Assembly: GCA_030390025.1 (NCBI GenBank)
Contig: CM059431.1
Location: forward strand, 125,118,001 to 125,182,000
DNA length: 64,000 nucleotides
Direction: 5' to 3'
Source of the DNA: Squalus acanthias
Lineage: Eukaryota
In this document: positions 61,066-64,000 of the stretch, one piece after another
How the letters are laid out: each line of letters starts with the position of its first letter
Numbering within the stretch: the first letter of the stretch is position 1
The notes under the pieces: model-generated
What the model saw: only the letters and a program-made list of their open reading frames with translations
The model's database searches: none
Told to the model about the DNA's origin: nothing
Made by a program: the position numbers and the translations under genes

Positions 61066-63479
61066 TTTGAGACCCATCTGATCATTAATATAGTGATCAC
61101 TGGTAAAGTTAGGAGTGCTACTGCTTGATTTTATATTCTGTTTGGTTAAAATCAGTAATTTAAACTAACCTTTATGCTTCCGAGTTTATTGCCAAGAAAA
61201 ATATTGTTTAATCACTCATTACTGTAATAGGATTAAAATAAAAAAGTAGCATGAATTTTTAGTAATTTAATGAGTAATATTATTTATTAAACTTTAAGTT
61301 GTTACACAACAGCTTGGCTTAGATGGTAGTACTCTCTCCTATAAATCAGAAGGTTATGAGTTCAAGCTTCAGTCCAAGTCTTGAGCACATAACACAGTGC
61401 AGTAGTACGGTGTTATTTGGATAGATCAGATGGACATTAAAGATCCCATAGAACTATTCAAAGAAGACCAATGAGTTCTCCCAGAGTCTTAGCCACATTC
61501 CTCCTTGTTCGACACTTCTAAAATCAGATTAACAGGTCATATATCTCATTGCTGTTTGTGGAACCTTGCTGTGCATTTTCAGAGATGTGATACGATACTA
61601 TTGAGTTAACAATCTCATGCTCGCACTGAGTAGCCAAACTCGAAGGCAGCATCCACTGGACAATTAGCACTGCAGCACTGTAACCATGTCCACATTCAAA
61701 ATGCTTGATCGCATCCCTGAACTACAAATTGCATAATTTTCAACATTGCAGTGTGGGCAGTAACCTGGTGGAGCTGATCACCCATCCAGCGATTTTCATT
61801 TTAATGAGATGGAAATCAGATTGGTTCTACAATGAGAGGACCATCAGTATCACTCGATTACCGCCCAGGCAGTGAAATTGAATGTGGGAGCAACCTTGCT
61901 AATGGATCCCTGATGCGTATTGGAGAAGGAAAATAAGGCGGAGGTACCATGATATCACTCTCACTTCATTTAATTTCTATTTATATCCTTGTACCTGCTG
62001 CAGATGCAAACGCTCCCCCACCCACCGAACTCCACAGTGAGCGTTTGAAATCCTGGAAACGGAGCAGAAGTAAATCAACTCTATTAGTTTTTCCCCTCTT
62101 CAGGTATTTAATGCAATGTGTGGATTTTATATCTGCTAACGAGAGTAAGTGTCCCTGTAAAGATAAGAATTTCTGACTACCCACAAATAATCTCATTCTA
62201 ATAGATGTTAAATCAAATCTATGGAATTTGAAAATTCAGTGTATTGATGATTGACAATAATTTAAAATGTTAGTAGCTGCTGTAAACTTTGATATGAAGA
62301 TGGATTAACTCCTTCAGGCATGGGCCATATAATGTATCGAATATTCTTAATTTGTAGTTCGGGGATGCAATCAAGCATTTTGAATGTGGACAGTAAGCCA
62401 TGAATGAGCATTTAATGAAAGGTTCCTTGCTTCTTCATCTTCAAGTTTTAGTTGCTTGCTATTTATGGCTGATACAGGTTCAAAATTGGTTAGCCTGTTA
62501 GCTTTATCTAGCTGGATGTTACTGTTGGTTTCATGAATGGTTCTATATTTTAGCAGACATTAGATTTGGTCGAATTTGCAAATGTTTCTTCTAGCTGAGG
62601 AAACTAGTTTTATGAGCTGCAGTGTTCTAAGACAAAAGGTTGTGAGAAAGTGGCCTCCGCATAACCTCATTGCATCTACCATCTTGTAGCCATGTCACGC
62701 TTCTAAGCAGCTGTTTGGCTTCAAAAAATTTCTATGCTGCAAGGGGAGTGACAAAAAAAAATCCAGATATCTTCTAAAAAGATTTTTTTACATTACCCTT
62801 AAAAAATTAATGGATAGGCTTTCCTTCAAGATGCTCACCCAGCAGATTGAACCTGAGAAATAATTAAACTCTAATGGGTGCATTAGGTTTCATTTGATTT
62901 TCACATTTCTGTCTGTTCTCATTAATAAACGTTTACCCTTTGTCATCAGTTGAACGTTAAGAGCAGCCTTGTGCACAGGTCAAGGTAAGTATTAGAAATG
63001 ATCCAATTATTTTTTTCATTGTCCAGTATTGACTTGCCCAAGTTGATGACTGATGTCTTCAATTCATTTAGTTCTTCACATCCACGAGCAGGTAATAGCA
63101 GAATAAAATGTTATCATTAGGTTTGATACTAGATTACATAAATCTCTACATGACTGGTTAAAAGCTGCACTCAGTAAAAATGCTCAGTGTTTCACTAACA
63201 TTAATTATCTGATGTTTGACAAGACATGAATTTCACCTCCAACTGTCAAAAGTCTTATTCCCAATTGGATTATTTCTATCTGCCGAAGTACCAGCACAAA
63301 CCAAAATTCATGAATATATTCAATTGGGAAATGGATCTCATGATTATTTAAATTCTTGATCCATTATAATTCAAAATTAATTTGGAAAGTTGGCTGTAAA
63401 ACCAGCAACTGAAAAGGGAAAACTTCTGGCAATTAATCTTAAAACTGCTCTCTTCTATTTGAGTTGTTTCGGGTTATTA

Positions 63480-63663
63480 GGGCTGATTTTAACTTTGGCA
63501 GAAAACGGGCGGTGGCGGATGGGCCACCCATTATACACCCCAAACCCCACCCGCTTTTGCTTTTGATTGATTTCAATGGAAAGGAAAATCAGGCAGGGTG
63601 TTTAACGCACAGCCAATCTGCTCTGGCCCGCTTTCTGCCATAACCAAAAGTTAACATCAGCCC
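63480..63663. mobile_element. Short palindromic MITE
   Basis: GGGCTGATTTTAACTTT ... AAAGTTAACATCAGCCC. Confidence 0.7.
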
Positions 63664-64000
63664 TATAGTTTCCTACAGTTAATTTTAACAAAAGTAGCTT
63701 GAATAAATCAGTGAGCATAACCTGCAGAAATTGGGAATTAAGTTTTCCTCCTCCATTACTACTACTCCTGCTTACAGCGGGAAAAAAAAGGTGCTAGTTA
63801 ATTTCTATTTGATCTTGGGATGTGGGAAACTCTGGCAAGGCAGTATTTATTGCCCCATTACTAGCTCTGAGGGCCTGTAGAGTCTATTATGCAGTCATAC
63901 ATAGGCCAGACTGGGTAAGAGTGGCAGGTGCCTTTCCTGAAGGACATTAGTGAACCAGTTAGGTACAGACAACAATCTAGTACCTTTCATGGTCTTTGTT

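Overview
Eukaryotic, repeat-dense genomic DNA, most likely from a cartilaginous fish (inferred from the CR1, Deu-domain SINE, Penelope and Harbinger families present). No intact host gene is recognisable and nothing prokaryotic is present. Main contents: (1) an intronless, decayed MROH (maestro HEAT-like repeat) retrocopy at ~5.2-12.4 kb, split by a young Neptune-type Penelope-like element (RT + GIY-YIG, fused in frame) and by a solo LTR; (2) at least five PIF/Harbinger DNA transposon copies or remnants with a spliced Myb/SANT gene and/or a HARBI1-type transposase, including a structurally complete 4,065-bp copy (TIRs, TTT TSD) nested in an older copy, plus several TIR MITEs; (3) four complete solo LTRs with 4-bp TSDs (three of one long 1.4-1.65 kb family) and one truncated LTR; (4) many CR1, L2 and RTE LINE fragments and tRNA/Deu SINEs; (5) minimal hammerhead-ribozyme motifs in Penelope pseudo-LTRs, including a perfect palindrome with 93-bp arms carrying two back-to-back hammerheads; (6) long CA and GA simple repeats and several minisatellites; (7) weak candidate micro-exons of an unidentified plus-strand gene. 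Family names come from motif recognition by eye; no database search was run.
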